Positions 14,131-32,610 of a stretch of DNA of 64,000 nucleotides are shown in pieces (the stretch's first letter is position 1; the number at the start of each line of letters is the position of its first letter). Origin of the DNA: Eledone cirrhosa (taxonomy: Eukaryota); the NCBI GenBank assembly GCA_964016885.1, contig OZ024743.1:215574001-215638000 (forward strand), written 5' to 3'. The notes below the pieces were generated by a model. That model was not told the origin of the DNA, searched no databases, and saw only the letters and a list, made by a program, of their open reading frames with translations. The position numbers and the translations under genes were made by a program.

Positions 14131-15578
14131 TAAGCCCAATATATAGCAATGTCGGACTTGAACCAAACACCACCTCTAGCATCAAACACCAGGGGCACAC
14201 CTTATACCACATCCCCAACACTTATTGATCTAATATAACAGAAATCGCGACATCCCTCTGGAACCCTTCACAGGGAGAATACCCCTTTGTACTTCTACTT
14301 TGGGTGTGACAACATCCACTTGCTTGAACTGCACTACACCACTTTATAGTTAATTTAAGCAATGAATTGATTGTATTGTTGGTGATGTGCGGAGGAAGTG
14401 CCATCGTTGGGCAAATGAACAACTAATTAATCTAGTAACGCTGAAGAGCTGTATGACCGGTATGCTGAGTGCAGTGAATAAATGTATTGCAAGTGGCGTA
14501 TGGGTTGTACATATATGTGTGATTTGATGGACAGATTGGAGTCATGAGGACTGTGGATTGACCTCTGTTCGGCCCTGGTGATGATTATCTTTCGACATCC
14601 AATGTAGCAAGCACTGACCCAGAACTTACCGGAGGTCATTGTGTGTTGAAGTGATTCTGCAATCACCTTGCCTGGTTCTTTGAGTAGACTGCAATCACAG
14701 AGATCATTAATTGAGAATTCTCACTCGTCGTGTATAATATTCATTTGTGGCATTCTGCGATGGGGGTTAATCACCATAATAAGAACACCTTCAGCACAAC
14801 TTAATAGACTACTCTATAGTTAAAACACTTGAAATTTTTAGAAATTTTTTAGAAACTGCGCATAACCAAATAGGTTAGGGTCTATTTTGAGACACATTTT
14901 AATAGTTAGTAATAGAAACCACTGGGTTACCTCCCCTCATGCATTAACTCCCCTAGCCACACACACACTTCCGGGTAGTATTTCGATGTCGATTCTCGCA
15001 ACGTAACATCCTCCTGTATTGAGCTAACGAACATCATACTACGATTCTCTAACTGGATTGTCAAACACCCAATATCGAATCGTCGTGAATTATGTGAGGG
15101 GCCTATAATCTGAAAAATACGTTACCCAGACTATGAAAATGTCGCAGTGCATGAAATCCTTATCATCGTTTCGCTACGCATTTCCATTATTTTTAATGCT
15201 TACACTATTTTTAATACTTATATTATTTCTCCACGCACAGACTTTAACAATCATATAAATAATTCATCACCAGATCAACCACCTCAACACTCTCGATTAC
15301 CTGCTTAAATGCTTCTATTACATGTAACTCTCTGCCACACTATATAAAAAAGACGCACGTGCTTGCCACACATATAACCTTTGTACTATATAACCGCTTA
15401 ATTTCATGTTGTATTTTAACCTGTATTTTTGATTGTATCTTTTAATATGAATGTAATCTCTAAGCGTGTACTGCCACACTAAATGCTATAATGAATGTTG
15501 ACCCACAGTATTTTCATATGTATCTGTATGTCTCTTGGGTGATAAGGAGGTCATATAAGTGTTCATTCAATAATAAAT

Positions 15579-15625
15579 TGCTCCGAAGAATCCAAACCTC
15601 GGTTTGGAGGAAACAGTTGTAAGCA
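15579..15625 (+). ncRNA. Minimal type-I hammerhead-like motif of PLE family 1 (core CCGAAGA; CTGAAGA in copy B at 11382)
   Basis: tgct-CCGAAGA-a-tccaaacc tc ggtttgga-g-GAAAC-agtt-GTA-agca. Stem III ACAGTTGT is self-complementary with one G-U. Also present at ~5487-5533(-), ~11378-11424(+) and ~49214-49260(-). Confidence 0.6.
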
Positions 15626-15660
15626 TAAAAATGTTTTGAACAGTTCTCTGATTCTTATAA

Positions 15661-15744
<84 letters not shown>

Positions 15745-15747
<3 letters not shown>

Positions 15748-16175
15748 GGTGTTGGATGCTTAAAGCGACCATATGCGTTAGGCTGTATAAACACTCAATG
15801 CTCTCATAGAGCAGAGTATGATATCACAGAAGAGAATCAGTGTTGCGAGGAATGGAATTTATTGGACATATTACAATAGTTTCTCTGGCGTCCAGCTCGA
15901 GGCACGATGATTGTGATGATCGAACCTGACTGTGAACATCTCAAGGTCCTCAGATATGTCTTGATTCTACGTAGCAGATTTTCCTAGGAAAAATCTGCTT
16001 TCCATAGGAAAATCTGCTTCGTAGAATGAATACGTATCTGAGGACCTTGCTATTTTCAGAGTCAGGTTCGATCATCACATCGATCGTGCCTCGAGCTTGT
16101 CGCCAGACAAACGATTGTAATATGTCCAATAAATTCCATTCGTCACAACACTGATTGTCTTTTTTCTGTGATATA
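15745..16175 (-). mobile_element. Fold-back mini-element adjoining TA tracts
   Basis: ~165 bp inverted arms (15821-15987 vs ~16003-16174). The arms contain GAAAC-tatt-GTA...AATAAA. On the minus strand the tail reads actctgctct..attgagtgt. Confidence 0.65.
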
Positions 16176-16433
16176 TATATATAGGTGTTTCATTAAATTC
16201 GTGGTTTACGGAGGATGGTACAAACATAAGCAATCTAAGCAATGACGGAATGTATATATTAAAACTAAAGCGAGTTTTCTCATTAAAGTATTTAGCATTT
16301 ACACAAATCCTTAGCCTGCCCCTGTGTGACACGCTCATGGCTGTTTATAATCATTATAAAATGTCATGTGGAATCTCGGTTTGTTTTCTTTCTGCGCTGT
16401 CTGACTGTCTCTGTCCGCCTGTCTGTCTGTCTG

Positions 16434-16436
<3 letters not shown>

Positions 16437-16528
<92 letters not shown>

Positions 16529-16640
16529 TCTCTCTCTCTCTCACTCTCTCCCCCTCTATCTCTCTCTATATGTATATATATATATATATTTATATATAAA
16601 TATAACAATATATATACATATATATTATATATATATATAT
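16437..16640. repeat. (CT)n plus TA-rich microsatellite
   Basis: Directly visible. Confidence 0.95.
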
Positions 16641-16644
16641 TGTT

Positions 16645-17112
<468 letters not shown>

Positions 17113-18117
17113 TATATAGCCTTGGTATATAACCACAACAACGCTGAATTCCAAAAGATAATATAATCAAATGATTTGAACGAATTAATTTTTCTAAATC
17201 TTCTAGAATATTGCGTTACGAGGTGCAATATGTACATGCAAATAATATGGCTTCGAAAGTTGATCTCAGCAGAATTTCAAATCGATGCTCATGGAACCTG
17301 AACAAACTCCAGTAAACTTTTGGTTCCATACTCTAATGAATTTGTAAATTCGTTGCCATCAAATCATGAATAGTGGAGCAATTAAATGTGAAAATTTGTG
17401 TTAATTTACTTTCACCAGAAATATATAAATTGTTCGTGTTATGCAATTAATATTATATGATTTCAGGATGTGATTGATCTTAACAAATTTGGATAATACT
17501 TGCAACCATCAGATTCCTCGAAATATGCTGATGAAAAATGGTATAAATTGTACTTTAAATGGAATTGCAGCCGTGGAAATATTATTAATATGGTGGCAAA
17601 GTTTTATTTTATATATTAGAGATTTTAATTGGGCCTATATGCAACGTATTTAAAAAAATATAATTGTGACTGTTAGATATAATTTTCATTTTCACTTTCC
17701 TAGTATTTTTAACAATCGTTCAGATATATCAACCATTCAATTGATATTTTCTCTCACATTCCTATGAAAACATAGCGTGTGATCATCATTTATCGCAGTA
17801 AAATTTCCTTTAAATGTCAAATCTGGCTTTCATATTATTGATAAATGTGAATAACTTCTAATACATAGGGACATGAAGTCATTATCCAGAGCATGCTGTA
17901 TAAATCAATTTTGTATATGTAATTCTTGCTTTCTTTCTATATCCACCTTCACTCTCTTTCCATCTTCCTCGCCCTCGTTCTCTCTGTATATATAATAACA
18001 CATATATTATCTCTCTCTCTCTCTCCCTGTCTCTCTCTCTTTATATATATATATATACATACAAACACACATATGCACACACCCATACACATCCACACAC
18101 ACAAATATATATATATA

Positions 18118-18222
<105 letters not shown>

Positions 18223-20250
18223 ATGTACATATGTACATAATAATATATGTGTGTGTTTCATAGAAAGTATATGAATGTATGCTTGATACTTCAAGACTAG
18301 ATTTGTGTGGAAGCTTCACTTTTACTTTCATTAATGAACTTTATGGCCCATCTTACGTACAATAAATATTTGACGTGAATTTTCGATCAAAGATTTCTAT
18401 AATGCAATCAGATAACCTCCTATAACTCCTTAATGAAGGGAAGGTGAAACGTTAACATTGATTTATTTCTCGATTTAGAGAAACGAAATCATTGATGCAG
18501 ATCTCACTATTCAGTAATTAGCGTTAGTCTAACCTAATATTTAGCTCGTCATCTCATCATGAAAATGAAATACATTACTCCATATTCCTGTCGACGAATT
18601 CATTTATACAGGAGCGCTGATAAAATATCCCAAGTTTGAAGGGAAAAAATATGTATAGGAATAATTAAATTAATATATACTTGTTGGTTGAAACTCAATT
18701 ATTATGATAAAACCGCAGCAGATATGTAAATGGTAAGTGGCTATACTTCATCAAACACACTATTATTTTCACTTGTACCATTTTTACAGACACTTTTTGT
18801 ATAAAAGACACCTTTATTCGTCAATCAAATAATCAGAGATTTTTCCTCAAATCACTAACATTATCATGATATATCAATAAAGTTTTGCTGAATCAATTTG
18901 TTTATGTATCACACATTTTAAAACTTGTTGTCCTTGAATAGGTTATTGCTAGATTCTTTTACTCTTCTGTAAAGCATAATGTGAGGATGCTTATATAGAT
19001 AACGTTAAGTGTCATAAGTGTCATATAAAGTATGTCATTCTTTTTCATAATATCGCGTGTCGTTATACTTTTTTCTTCCAGGTCATGGACAACGTTCTTT
19101 ATTTCATTAGTTAGTTCATTTAAGATTTAAGTCATTCTAAATTGTGCCCACATTATATTAATATATGGTTGAAGTGAACCAAGTATATTGTCAACTAAGA
19201 TGAATCAACTCAGTAGAATTCCTGTATTTTTTTCCATTACTATTTATCTTCTTTCATACATCATGTTATTATAATGTTAATCTTAGATATTTACTAACCA
19301 ACGTGAGGTTAAAATGACACAATAGTATCACATCTTATATTTTTGAACAATAATCTCCTGTTAAGATCTGTGTAGGCATATTTAATATCTATTATCTATT
19401 CTACAAAATGTCATATTTATTATATATCCATGTAATATTATAAATTCTTTGTAACCTGCTTGTTTTTTCTTGACAAATGGAAGTATCATGAGAGATTAGT
19501 TATTTTTCGATAACGGAGACTATTACAACATTATTTGTTTTGTAGAAAATAGAAAAGAATATTGAAAAATCAATTCCATGATACACTTCATAATACCTTT
19601 TTAATTCACCTTCTACTTTCCATCGTTAATACTTCTGAATATTTCATTCCCGTTCAAAACAATAAATTGAAACAGAAATTTCAACCACATTGAATGATTC
19701 TCATATATTGAGTATGGAATTGCTGTTACATTCTTTGAATCCTAAACGGAATTAAAATGTATGTATATCCGCAAAAGGTAGAAGGGATAAGTTTAAACTG
19801 TTTAACTGTAAACGAAATTCTATCAAAGCTATCTCTTGACACTGCTTTCACATCGTTTAAAACTACAGTTTCTGCTCCATTGAACTATGAAGTTAACTAC
19901 AAATAGTCGTATTCAATTGCATTAAATATGATGAAAAGCATACCCACATAGATATTTAGCATTACCATTTCAACCGAAATGAAAATAATAATATTACAAT
20001 GAACCTGGTCATCAAAGTCTAGATTTTCTATTCAATACTCTTTCTGGCAAATACGTTTGCTTATAGTTGGTATAGAAAAACTCCCACAAAACATAAACGT
20101 AATAAACGATAATATGTGGGCTCATACAATATTAACTGGTGCCCCATTCATTTCCGAATAAATACAATAAAAATAGTAATATACTTGTTTATGTGTATGA
20201 AATAATGATATTGCCAGATTATTTATTTTAAATAACTATTATATATCCAA

Positions 20251-20445
20251 TGGCGGTGGATTGGCAGTATCGGTAGAGGTTCCGACGCCATGCTTTGACG
20301 CATAGAGTTACGGCCCTTGCCATTCTGAGTTCAAATCCCGCCGAGGTTAACTTTGCCTTTCATCCTTACGGGGTCGATAAAATAAAGTACCAGTAATGTA
20401 CTGGGTAATTTTCTGGCCTTGTGCCAATAGTAGAAACAATTATTT
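20251..20445 (+). mobile_element. tRNA-type SINE with a conserved central domain (octopus-like SINE)
   Basis: ggcggtggattggcag..gagttcaaatcccgccgaggttaactttgcctttcatccttacggggtcgataaaataaagtaccag..tgtgccaatagtagaaacaattatt. Contains a B-box-like GAGTTCAAATCCC. Its 3' end also matches window positions 1-25. Confidence 0.8.
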
Positions 20446-21256
20446 ATTTTAAATAACAATAGAGGATGCTAACCTGTTTGGTGGTCGATATGTAGACACG
20501 TTATTCTCTGCATGAACTGGACTGTGTTCCGATATAAAGTGTGATCGTCTCCTACATATATAAAATGTATAGATTAGGAGATATAAGAAATTGAAATACA
20601 TAATATCCAAAACGATTTTTATTTTATTGCCAATTTATGAAACGAAATGATTTGTAAAAACTAATATTATGGAGAATAAACAATAAAAGAGTATTATAAC
20701 AAATGAAACCTGGAAATATATCGCTGGGAAATACGTTATATTTGTATATTCTAATACAGGATATTTACTCAAAAGCAATTCATTTTATGTAATCGTTCAC
20801 GAAACTTTTTGAGGCGCAAGACTGGTAATGTAGTGTCATTAACTTATAATCACTGACTACCATTTCCATAAGTCCGTCTTAATGTACCTTCATTATCAAG
20901 AAATTAAGATCAGCTATGATAAACAGGTGTTTAACATAACAACAACTATGATAAACGGTTGTACTTCATAAATTCGAAACAAACTCATATGTCACGAGAA
21001 AAGGTAATGTTGGTGTTCTGGTAATGAACGATCAACATAAAAAAGAAATACTCCATGTGACTAAACATTTCTCTCGTCAAACAATGTTTAAACGTATAAA
21101 TACAACTGTAGTTAATTTGTCGATGTAGACCGCACTAAATGTTTACACTCTGTCTTACGTAATACAAGGTGGTAGGTCTTCTCAATTACTAGGCAAGTAA
21201 TAACATTAAGGGGTACTATGACAGGGTTCATTAGTCGATGACGAATTGCATTATTG

Positions 21257-21292
<36 letters not shown>

Positions 21293-21302
21293 TATATGTG
21301 TG

Positions 21303-27374
<6,072 letters not shown>

Positions 27375-27529
27375 GTATAAAAATATACATACATTTAAGT
27401 ACCAGCCGTACTAAGGGTGAGAAATGAAATTTTGTTTCATTCTTTTCCATTTATCGTTTTCGGTGCGCCGATATGTAAATTAGACTGCTCAGCCGTTAAT
27501 TTTCATAGGGAAAGTATATACTTTCGAAC

Positions 27530-27616
27530 GTTCAACCATCTGGCAGAAGGGTATACGGTGCTGATGATAGCTAAGAAGCTTGAAACTAGTACATCGTTCC
27601 TGTGTCAGTGTTGAAC
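27530..27616 (+). ncRNA. Type-I hammerhead ribozyme, intact core (predicted cleavage after GTA at 27591)
   Basis: acggtg-CTGATGA-t-agct aaga agct-t-GAAA-ctagT-A-catcgt. Stem I is extended by aggg/tcct, ctggca/tgtcag and gttcaac/gttgaac. Confidence 0.88.
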
Positions 27617-27863
27617 AAAAAGGTGACGATGATTGCCTGAACACTGTACGGCGTAATTTGGGCTCTTTGTTTACTAACAAACCGAGCATTATAATAAATG
27701 TTCGGTAAACCCATACGTACATGTATATATGTGTGCATGTATGTATATATATACACACTACTGTACGTCTGTATATGTATGTACATATACATACATACTT
27801 ACATCTAAGTACCAGCCGTACTAAGTGTGAGAAATTAAATTCCGTTTCATTCTTTTCCATTTA

Positions 27864-27901
<38 letters not shown>

Positions 27902-28170
27902 CATATATATAAGTTGTAAAAGAATGAAACGACATTTTATTTCTCACTCCTTAGGGCACTTACTTCAATGTAAGTATGTATGTATACGTACATACACATA
28001 TGTAAACAGACGTATACGTATAAGTGCCGTACTAAGAGTGAGAAATGAAATTTCGTTTCATTCTTTTACAACTTATTGTTTTCGGTACGCCTGGCCGACT
28101 TAACTCACTCGATATGCAAATCAGGCTGCTCAGCCGTTAGGTTTCATAAGGAAATTATATACTTTCGAAC

Positions 28171-28257
28171 GTTCAACCATCTGGCAGAAGGGTATACGGT
28201 GCTGATGATAGCTAAGAAGCTTGAATCTAGTACATCGTTCCTGTGTCAGTGTTGAAC
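28171..28257 (+). ncRNA. Type-I hammerhead, mutated (GAAA>GAAT)
   Basis: Same fold as 27530, with A15.1 substituted. Confidence 0.75.
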
Positions 28258-28630
28258 AAAAAAGGTGACGTGGTGGCCTTAAAACCGTACGGCATAAATC
28301 AGGCTGTCCTTTTGTTTACAAACGGACAAAGCGGGCGTTATAATAAACGTCCGCTAAATTGATACGTACATATATATATATGTGTACCTGTATTGATATA
28401 TATATATATATATATATGCATGCTGATGTACGTCTGTGTACATATATGTATGTACGTACGTATACATACTTACATTTAAGTAAGTGCCGTACAAAGAGTG
28501 AGAAATGAAATTTCGTTTCATTCTTTTACAACTTATCGTTTTCGATACGCCTGGCCGACTGAACTCACTCGATATGCAAACTAGGCTGCTCAGCCCTTAA
28601 TTTTCATAAGGAAAGTATATACATTCGAAA

Positions 28631-28717
28631 GTTCAACCATCTGGCAGAAGGGTATACGGTGCTGATGATAGCTAAGAAGCTTGAAACTAGTACATCGTTC
28701 CTGTGTCAGTGTTGAAC
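28631..28717 (+). ncRNA. Type-I hammerhead ribozyme, intact core (predicted cleavage after 28692)
   Basis: Same sequence as the HHR at 27530. Confidence 0.88.
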
Positions 28718-28847
28718 AAAAAGGTGACGTGGTTGCCTTAACACAGTACGGCATAAATCAAGCTGTCCGTTTGTTTACAAACGGACAAAGTGGCCGTTAT
28801 AATAAACGTCCGCTAAACTGATACGTACATATATATATGTGTACCTG

Positions 28848-28953
<106 letters not shown>

Positions 28954-29163
28954 TGCTACTGTACGTCTTTATACATATATGTATGTACATAGACATACAT
29001 ACTTACATTTAAGTAAGTGCCGTCCTAAGAGTGAGAAATGAAATTTCGTTTCATTCTTTTACAACTTATCCTTTTCAGTACGCCTGGCCGACTGAACTCA
29101 CTCGATATGCAAATTAGGCTGCTCAGCCGTTAATTTTCATAAGGAAAGTATATACTTTCGAAG

Positions 29164-29250
29164 GTTCAACCATCTGGCAGAAGGGTATACGGTGCTGATG
29201 ATAGCTAAGAAGCTTGAAACTAGAACATCGTTCCTGTGTCAGTGTTGAAC
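29164..29250 (+). ncRNA. Type-I hammerhead, mutated cleavage triplet (GTA>GAA)
   Basis: Same fold, with U16.1 substituted. Confidence 0.75.
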
Positions 29251-29351
29251 AAAAAGGTGACGTGGTTGCCTTAATACCGTACACCATAAATCAGCGGGCG
29301 TTATAATAAACGTCCGCTAAACTGATACGTACATATATATATGTGTGCCTG

Positions 29352-29411
<60 letters not shown>

Positions 29412-29462
29412 AAGCTACTGTACGTCTGTATACATATATGTATGTACGTATACATACATACT

Positions 29463-29574
<112 letters not shown>

Positions 29575-30765
29575 TATTGTTTTTTTTTCACTTCTTTTCA
29601 CATAAATCTTTATCATATTTTATTCCATGAATTTATTGTTCCATTGGATACCGTTGCGAAGACTATCATTTATGTTATCTATCTACATTGATAATAACAA
29701 TATATACCATTTTGCTGATAATCAAGTAACGAAATACAGTTATATGACATTGTTATATATAATTATATTGTTTGCAAGGGTATCAATGATTGAACACGCA
29801 CTTTGTATGATATTGTTGGTGTTGACGACAACGTACCGCAATGCATCTTCTTTGAAGAACATATTAACCGCATCCAGTCTTACGATTACAATATGAAATG
29901 AGTTAATTCAAATTCATATTTGCAGCGAGGAGGATAACAGGTGATGAAAATATTTCTGACACCGAATGTAAACTTGACAACGAATGGTATATTAATCATC
30001 CTAATTATTATGATGATCACTATGTAGATCCTCTTTCTAATAGTCATCAACACCATTATTTCCATCACGAATATCTTTCTATATATGTTCACCATAATAA
30101 GACAATTCTTGACAGCAAATACATTATTATCAACATCATAATCAGCACCATCACTAACACCGTCAGCATAACCTTCACACTAGAAATAACACGATCATTA
30201 CAGTAATATTATGATGATGATCATCATTAACTTCATAAATATTATCATTTACAAGGCATCTCCAAATGTGATTTTTTTTTGTATTTCTACACATCTGTCT
30301 TGATATTCTTTACACAAAATATGTTTTATAATCACATTTTAATAACCTTTCCAAGTAAGCAGAATCTCTAGTCTAACCCGAAGGATTTATCGTCAGTATT
30401 TTCAACAGAAGAGTCATCTTCAAAATATTAATTAATTTTCGGCTAGACATTATATCTAACAATCTATTATGCGAAAATCAAAATGTAATTTAATAGAAAG
30501 TGAGAATCAATTGAACAGTGGAAGAACTGTAGTTGGCAGCAATTTAATAACTTTTTCTTGACATGTCAGAGACAAAGATTCTATCTATTTGGATCAGTTC
30601 CCTTAAGGGTATTCACAAGTCAAATACACATTTTATATAGCTCTTCCAAATCAAATAAGCCTCATTACCATTAAAGTGTCAGTGTGCAAAATAAATTGTA
30701 TTACATACACGCAAACATATGAACATACACATGCATTCATATATTCACATTTGTCGTATTACTTT

Positions 30766-30799
<34 letters not shown>

Positions 30800-30816
30800 A
30801 AACAGACACACACACA

Positions 30817-30880
<64 letters not shown>

Positions 30881-31203
30881 AACATATATCATTATAAAAT
30901 ATTGAATGGCATATATGTACGCATAAATATCCAATGATATAAATGCATAAGACATATCAACCTTTAACAAAGATACATGTGAGGGAGATATATATATGAT
31001 TTTTATAAGGTATCGATGTTTTAAATTTTTGTTAAATTTTAATGTATTCTTACATTCTATACAAGTTGTCTCTTGTTAAAGATTGATATGTCTTATGCAT
31101 TTATATATTTGGATATTTATGTGTATATATATGTCATTCACTATTTTATAATAATTAATTGCTACGATTTATTCTTTGAATTTTTTCTATGAGCTGATTA
31201 TGG

Positions 31204-31403
31204 NNNNNNNNNNNNNNNNNNNNNNNNNNNNNNNNNNNNNNNNNNNNNNNNNNNNNNNNNNNNNNNNNNNNNNNNNNNNNNNNNNNNNNNNNNNNNNNNN
31301 NNNNNNNNNNNNNNNNNNNNNNNNNNNNNNNNNNNNNNNNNNNNNNNNNNNNNNNNNNNNNNNNNNNNNNNNNNNNNNNNNNNNNNNNNNNNNNNNNNNN
31401 NNN
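31204..31403. other. Assembly gap (200 N)
   Basis: Run of N. Confidence 1.
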
Positions 31404-32502
31404 ACAACACATCCGCAGTTATTCACACATACAAGAATCGGGCACCACATTCAGATATGTCTGAATTTCATTCGCTTATCATTTTTTCAATTGCACTTTA
31501 GATGGGCGATGAATGTTCTGTATTCTGTGAGCCAGATGACATTATATGCAAACCCAGTATTAACAATGTATTGATGACACCTTGCTTTTGTAAGCGTATC
31601 AACAAAACCTATTTTGATATCATTGCAGCATGTCTTATTTTCGAACGGTATCTCTGTTTTCTGTGTTGACTGGAAGCGTTGTATCATTTTGAAAACCGAG
31701 TGTTGTATAACACTTTTAAGGCTTCCCAATGAATTGAGTGAGCTCTACGTCACTAAATTGTGGGTCTATATGATTTATTCGTTATTCATTTTCTTTGTGA
31801 CCATTCAAAATGTTGGAGTTTCAATTATATTTTACTTTTGTTGAACATTTAAAGCAATATATGGCTTATATGTAAGACATAAACACTTTAAGTACCGGCT
31901 GCTTCCAATGATCTAAATGAATTCTGAAAACGATCTCGTTCAAATTGGAATACTTTTCCTTACATATGTATTTCATGTAAACAACTTTGTATGTACAAAA
32001 TTAAACTTTCAAAAATAAGCCACAGGAAAACTTTAAACTCATGGAAGATGAAATAATCTCATAACTGAAAGTTAGTTGTAATTGCAATAACATAATATAT
32101 TTCTGGGCAATAAGTATGTGAAAATATGAGCATATTTGGATATTTGGATATATCTTACCTGCCACATATCTCCAGCATGATACCGAACTTATAGTCATAA
32201 ATGTGAGATGACGGAAGTATAAATTCATTCTCAACCTTTTTTTAATATATGGACCCCTATAGCTATTTGATGTTTGTAAAATGTTATTGCTATTTATGAT
32301 AAATTGTATTTAAGAAGTGTTAAACATTATCTTGTGTATTGTAAGTACAACTAACTGTAGCAACTAAAAGAAATTATATGGAAAATGAATGATCAGTAGT
32401 AACATAAGCCATACATATAAACATTATGAAATATATGAAGATTTTCATACTTTCACACCACCACCCTCCTCCCCCAAAAAGGAAGGAATATGTCTCGTGA
32501 AA

Positions 32503-32542
<40 letters not shown>

Positions 32543-32556
32543 TATACATATACATA

Positions 32557-32610
32557 TAAATGGAAAAAAATAAATTTCATTTCTCACTCTTAGTACGACT
32601 GATACTTATA
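32557..32610 (-). mobile_element. Short terminal fragment of the array-1 family
   Basis: Reverse complement of ..gtactaagagtgagaaatgaaattt..ttttccattt, abutting TA-rich sequence. Confidence 0.6.

Larger units (their letters stand above)
11636..15665 (+). mobile_element. PLE family 1 copy C (near full-length unit)
   Basis: Complete RT-linker-GIY-YIG region plus ~1.5 kb 3' UTR, ending aattca|(TA)n. Confidence 0.92.

Noticed and set aside
20251-20345. tRNA gene
   Set aside because: The B-box-like motif belongs to a multi-copy SINE head; no cloverleaf.
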